Shown: in pieces, positions 16,561-20,000 of the stretch
Numbering within the stretch: position 1 is the first letter of the stretch
Layout: every line of letters begins with the position of its first letter
IMG/VR virus record: IMGVR_UViG_3300005099_000288
Strand: one strand, 5' to 3'
DNA: 20,000 nucleotides
DNA from: an uncultured virus (IMG/VR IMGVR_UViG_3300005099_000288)
Lineage: Duplodnaviria > Heunggongvirae > Uroviricota > Caudoviricetes
The notes under the pieces: model-generated
Told to the model about the DNA's origin: nothing
What the model saw: only the letters and a program-made list of their open reading frames with translations
Databases searched by the model: none
Position numbers and translations under genes: made by a program

Positions 16561-16863
16561 GTCGGCATTCACAACGAAACCACACTTCCTGCAAACGAAC
16601 AGTCCTCTATGTTTTCTGTTGTTTTTATTTACGTCTCCACAGATTGAGCAAGTCTGAGACGTGTAAGCTTCATCAACTTCGATGTAATTAATCCCGTAGT
16701 ATTCGCACTTCGATTTGAGTTTTTGTTTGAACAAACCGTAAGGAATGTCTCTGTTTTTTGGATAAATTTCAAAATCTACCTCTATGTCTACATTTATCTC
16801 TACCTCGGTCCCACACTTGGGACATGTTACCTTTAATTTTTCTACCTTTAGTCCTTCTTTCAT
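16390..16863 (-). CDS. tnpB: Chimeric ORF: host CPxCG microprotein (34 aa) fused in frame to the TnpB C-terminal fragment
   Basis: IPYGLFKQKLKSKCEYYGI, YTSQTCSICG...FVCRKCG (zinc finger) and NADVNGALNIL (RuvC-III). RuvC-I/II and the REC/WED regions are absent. Confidence 0.8.
   Translation of the reverse strand: MKEGLKVEKLKVTCPKCGTEVEINVDIEVDFEIYPKNRDIPYGLFKQKLKSKCEYYGINYIEVDEAYTSQTCSICGDVNKNNRKHRGLFVCRKCGFVVNADVNGALNILKKVAPESVRIRGSGGVTPPRRIRVVPLRNGQIPLEAPPFRAGRSLSKL
16404..16761 (-). mobile_element. Internally deleted, non-autonomous IS200/IS605 (tnpB) element
   Basis: Locally higher GC. Right end GAAG-CT-CCGCCCT-TT-AGGGCGG-GTAGG-TCAC; encodes the TnpB C-terminus; preceded on the minus strand by TTTAT (TAM-like); no target duplication. 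Confidence 0.8.
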
Positions 16864-16866
16864 GTT

Positions 16867-17127
16867 CTACCTCCTATTTCTCAATTCAGCGTAGCAATTT
16901 TTACAAATTTGATGTGCATCTTCTATTTGTATTCCTAGGAATCGTGAAAGTTTTTCTTCTAATCCTAGGATGTGATAAATTGCACTGCATATTTTTCGAA
17001 AATTCTCCATTTTTTTGGCTGCTGTTTCTTCATCACAGAGTGTCAATAATTGATTCCATACCTCTATGTCGAGGGATATGAACAAGTTGAAGAGTTCGGA
17101 TTTCTCCTCTTCTGTCAGATTTCCCAT
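16867..17127 (-). CDS. Helical hypothetical protein, paralog of 17990-18277
   Basis: EKSELFNLFISLD, DEETAAK, HILGLE and ICKNCYAEL versus EKKELAQIFVDLD, DDETAGK, HKIGIE and TCEKFYKKL. SD GGAGGT. Confidence 0.72.
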   Translation of the reverse strand: MGNLTEEEKSELFNLFISLDIEVWNQLLTLCDEETAAKKMENFRKICSAIYHILGLEEKLSRFLGIQIEDAHQICKNCYAELRNRR

Positions 17128-17139
17128 ATTTCTACCTCC

Positions 17140-17375
17140 ATTTTTTATTTTTAAATACAATTTAAATCTAAATCCTAAAAATAAAAATATTCCTCCCTTT
17201 TTTTATTTTTTTTATTTTTTAAAAAAATTTTTTTTAAATTTTGATAATTTATTATTATCATAATTATTTAACACTAAAAAAGAAATTTTTTAAAATTTTT
17301 TATTTTTTTTAAAATTTTTTTAAATTGTTAAAATTCTCTCATAAAAATGCTCAAATTGAAAAAATTAAAAAATTT
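17140..17375. promoter_or_regulatory. Extremely AT-rich divergent intergenic region (candidate origin / divergent promoters)
   Basis: Almost only A/T tracts, two imperfect direct repeats (~17208-17240, ~17296-17326) and the inverted repeat TGATAAT-n5-ATTATCA (17242-17260). Confidence 0.5.
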
Positions 17376-17387
17376 GGAGGTGAAGAA

Positions 17388-17645
17388 ATGGGAGAAAATA
17401 CCCTTAAGGAGGTTTTGAAAAAACTAGATAAGGGGAATAATCCCCCCAAGAAGGGACCTTCGACAAAAAAGAGGATAACATTCGATCTCCAATCCAAGAA
17501 CGACCTCGAGAGATGGACAAAGGTGTGCAAACTTTTCGGAATTGATTCGAAAGCAAGAGATGCACCATCTCAAATCAAAAATAAACTAGTGAGACTCGCA
17601 GAATTAGAACAAGAAGGAGTAATTAAATGGGAAATTAAGAAATAA
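17388..17645 (+). CDS. Small basic protein, possibly ribbon-helix-helix DNA-binding
   Basis: SD GGAGGTGA; KRITFDL beta-strand pattern followed by helices. Confidence 0.55.
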   Translation: MGENTLKEVLKKLDKGNNPPKKGPSTKKRITFDLQSKNDLERWTKVCKLFGIDSKARDAPSQIKNKLVRLAELEQEGVIKWEIKK

Positions 17646-17678
17646 ACTCCATTTCTCTTCTTTTTTTTGGTGGTGAAA

Positions 17679-17891
17679 ATGGAGAAGAAAAAGGAGAATT
17701 TGTGGTCTTCTCGAGTTGAGGAGTTGATTAATGAAGGATACGACTTACTACACAAGAAGATATTTCCCAGAAAAATACCTGATGAATTGTGGAAAGAACT
17801 ATTCCACGCAATTAAGGAAGAAGGATATAGGAAAACAGTTCTTGTTCCTAGAGGGAAAGATGGAAGTTTCGTTCTATTAGCGAAAAAATAG
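17679..17891 (+). CDS. Hypothetical protein
   Basis: GGTGGTGA SD; flanked by T-rich tracts. Confidence 0.65.
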   Translation: MEKKKENLWSSRVEELINEGYDLLHKKIFPRKIPDELWKELFHAIKEEGYRKTVLVPRGKDGSFVLLAKK

Positions 17892-17989
17892 ATCCTTTAT
17901 CTTCTCTCTTATTTTTAGGGGAAAAATAATTTTAATTTAAAAAAATTAGATTATATTGTGAATATTTAAAAAATTTTCAGGTGGTGAAA

Positions 17990-18277
17990 ATGGAAAAGAA
18001 AGAATTAGCACAAATATTTGTTGATTTAGATGAAACTATTTTCAAGGAGGTTTTTCGAATTGTAAAAGAAATATTAGTAGATGATGACGAAACAGCAGGG
18101 AAAATCGCAAGTTCAGCGATTTCCGAGAAGATAAGACCTATTTGGGCAGCTGCAATTCACAAAATCGGGATTGAATCCGAGATCGCAGAAATCCTTGAAA
18201 TCCCTGAGAAAAATATTGCGGAGACTTGTGAGAAATTCTATAAAAAATTATATGGAAAAATAGAAGTGAGCTGCTAA
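17990..18277 (+). CDS. Helical hypothetical protein, paralog of 16867-17127
   Basis: Shared motifs as listed for 16867-17127; GGTGGTGA SD. Confidence 0.72.
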   Translation: MEKKELAQIFVDLDETIFKEVFRIVKEILVDDDETAGKIASSAISEKIRPIWAAAIHKIGIESEIAEILEIPEKNIAETCEKFYKKLYGKIEVSC

Positions 18278-18469
18278 TATGGGACATCGAGAGCGTACGG
18301 TTTTATGGAACCTATGAATTGCAACCATTCTCAATAGTGTCCATTTTTAAATTTTTTCTTCTCCAAATAAATTTTTTGTTCTTTTTTCGAAGAGATTACA
18401 GGAGAATTTTTAAAAATATTTTAATCGAATTTTATTTAACAACAATTCAGTTTAAAGGAGGCGAGAATT

Positions 18470-18973
18470 ATGAAAATGTGGGTAAACGAAGAGGAAATTC
18501 CTGCATGCTATTGTAAAAAATGCGATCTTGTTTTTCCTACCCACGAAGAAACTATTAGGTTCGGTGACAGAGTTGTTAAGTTTTCGCGTTGTCCAAAATG
18601 TGGAGAAGGAATCGTAACAAGTGGAGTTTTACCTGTATCTCCCACAAAAATCAAAGTTCGAACAAAAAAGGAAAAGAAAAAACTCACAGATAAACAAAAA
18701 GAATTTATGGTTCAGGAATTCTTTGCTAGACATCCTAAAATTGAAGCAAGAAGTGAACGTTTTATTTTGCAGAGGATTTTTGGGAGTGACAGTACTCACA
18801 TGTATGAGACTCTCAGAAGGTATGAAGGAAAATTTTACACAAAAGAAGAAGTAGGGAATACGTTCGGAAAGGGGAAATTGTATAATTGGAAGAGCCTAGT
18901 AGCTGAAGTACCAAATAAACAAAAAAATGGGGCCAAAGAATTCCGCAAATATTGGAAAGATCTAATAGATTAG
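18470..18973 (+). CDS. Zinc-ribbon-containing basic protein
   Basis: CYCKKC...RCPKCG followed by a Lys-rich linker and a helical domain; AGGAGG SD. Confidence 0.72.
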   Translation: MKMWVNEEEIPACYCKKCDLVFPTHEETIRFGDRVVKFSRCPKCGEGIVTSGVLPVSPTKIKVRTKKEKKKLTDKQKEFMVQEFFARHPKIEARSERFILQRIFGSDSTHMYETLRRYEGKFYTKEEVGNTFGKGKLYNWKSLVAEVPNKQKNGAKEFRKYWKDLID

Positions 18974-18986
18974 GAGAGAGAATTCT

Positions 18987-19163
18987 ATGTCTGAAAAATT
19001 CTGTCCCTTGGTTAAGTATGAAGATGGAAGAGTAGTAAAAACTGCAAAGTGCATCGACGAAAAATGTGCTTGGTGGGACTCAGAAGAAAAGAAGTGTGCA
19101 ATTCTAGTTATAGCTGAGAATCTCAAACCGTTGGGGATGAAAGGAAATGACTTCCAACAATGA
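18987..19163 (+). CDS. Cys-rich microprotein (58 aa)
   Basis: MSEKFCPLV...KCIDEKCAWWDSEEKKCAILVIA; AGGAG SD. Not in the ORF track. Confidence 0.7.
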   Translation: MSEKFCPLVKYEDGRVVKTAKCIDEKCAWWDSEEKKCAILVIAENLKPLGMKGNDFQQ

Positions 19164-19962
19164 AACATCTAATGAAAGCATAATACATAAAATCAGAGAG
19201 TATTATAGTTCAACTATTTGGGACTATACAAGAGCGTGGTCTGTAGAACACATGCACATGGGTTTATGGTTAAATGGGACAAAAACTTTACAAGAAGCAT
19301 GGGAAAATACTGTTCTGAATGCAATATCATGTGGGAACTTCAGAGAAGGAGATTTAGTACTTGATGCAGGATGTGGAACTGGCGGAACTGTTAGAATGCT
19401 GAAAAGAGCTGGAATCAGGGCAGTTGGAATAAGTATTGTTCCAGATCATCTAAAAATCGCAAAATCTTATGGTAATGATGAATATTATATAATGGATTTT
19501 CACAGAACTGGTTTTAGAGATAATACCTTCGATGGAATAGTCGCAATAGAGAGTTTTTGCCATGCAAAACCTAAGTATAGTTTTCTTCGAGAAATGTACA
19601 GAATTCTAAAACATGGAAAGAAACTTGTAATAATTGACGCCTATCGGAAAAAAGACACTTTCTTCTATAGAAAATGGAAAGAGTGCTTCGCAGTACCTGA
19701 ACTTCCTACTGTAGACGAGATGTTGTGTGACCTCAAGAATGCAGGATTTCTAGTAAATTTCATAGATATGACAAAATTTGCTGCTAAATCTTCGAGAATC
19801 CTCTTCATAAGATCCTTAGTATTTCCTATAGTTTGGCTGTTATACAAAGCAGGAAAATTCAACGAATGGCAATTCAAAAATTGTTTGGGAGGATTTTTAC
19901 AATACCTTACAAAATTAACAGATTCTTGTGGATATGGAATTTGGATAGGGCTGAAGAGGTGA
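19147..19962 (+). CDS. Class I SAM-dependent methyltransferase (tocopherol/sterol/RebM-like)
   Basis: IREYY...HMHMGLW, VLDAGCGTGG, IESFCH and EMYRILKHG. Confidence 0.88.
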   Translation: MTSNNETSNESIIHKIREYYSSTIWDYTRAWSVEHMHMGLWLNGTKTLQEAWENTVLNAISCGNFREGDLVLDAGCGTGGTVRMLKRAGIRAVGISIVPDHLKIAKSYGNDEYYIMDFHRTGFRDNTFDGIVAIESFCHAKPKYSFLREMYRILKHGKKLVIIDAYRKKDTFFYRKWKECFAVPELPTVDEMLCDLKNAGFLVNFIDMTKFAAKSSRILFIRSLVFPIVWLLYKAGKFNEWQFKNCLGGFLQYLTKLTDSCGYGIWIGLKR

Positions 19963-20000
19963 AGAAGAATGAAAACGTTTAGAGTCTCTGGAACTGCATA

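Noticed and set aside
16307..16657. 116-aa + strand ORF as an intact gene
   Set aside because: Only the first ~32 codons look native; the rest is antisense read-through into the IS element.
16390..16863. Active TnpB/Cas12f nuclease
   Set aside because: RuvC-I, RuvC-II and the recognition lobe are missing; no tnpA and no CRISPR array in the window.
16758..17081. 107-aa + strand ORF as the continuation of the interrupted 16313 gene
   Set aside because: It is in frame after IS removal, but it is a Leu/Phe-rich antisense shadow of two SD-bearing minus-strand genes and does not resemble the paralog.
17242..17260. Bacterial Fur box
   Set aside because: The half-sites resemble Fur, but the spacing differs, the context is archaeal and extreme AT content raises the chance of a match; kept only as a generic palindrome.
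17140..17340. CRISPR array or regular tandem repeat
   Set aside because: The repeats are low-complexity A/T tracts without constant length or unique spacers.
19969..20000. MKTFRVSGTA start reminiscent of archaeal ribosomal protein LX
   Set aside because: Only 10 codons are visible, too short to call.

Overview
AT-rich, gene-dense, mostly +strand window with archaeal expression signals (GGTGA/GGAGG Shine-Dalgarno motifs, BRE-TATA boxes ~25-30 nt before leaderless ATGs, oligo-T terminators) and no housekeeping genes. It is most likely part of a large archaeal virus or other extrachromosomal element, although no capsid, integrase or polymerase gene is visible. In order it contains: the tail of a wHTH protein; two GT4 glycosyltransferases and a SAM methyltransferase; an Arg/Gly-rich micropeptide; a MoxR AAA+ ATPase with a DUF2201-type metallopeptidase-VWA partner; a dispersed family of about 8-9 divergent unknown paralogs; many Cys/Zn microproteins; a 358-bp internally deleted IS200/IS605 (tnpB) element with an intact omega-RNA end fused in frame to a host CPxCG gene; an AT-rich divergent region (candidate origin/operator); and a second SAM methyltransferase. 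The most striking observation is a stand-alone gene (12535-13092) whose product is collinear with the N-terminal domain of eukaryotic Rit1 (initiator tRNA A64 2'-O-ribosyl-phosphate transferase). This call rests on motifs recalled from memory and needs an HMM or structure check.
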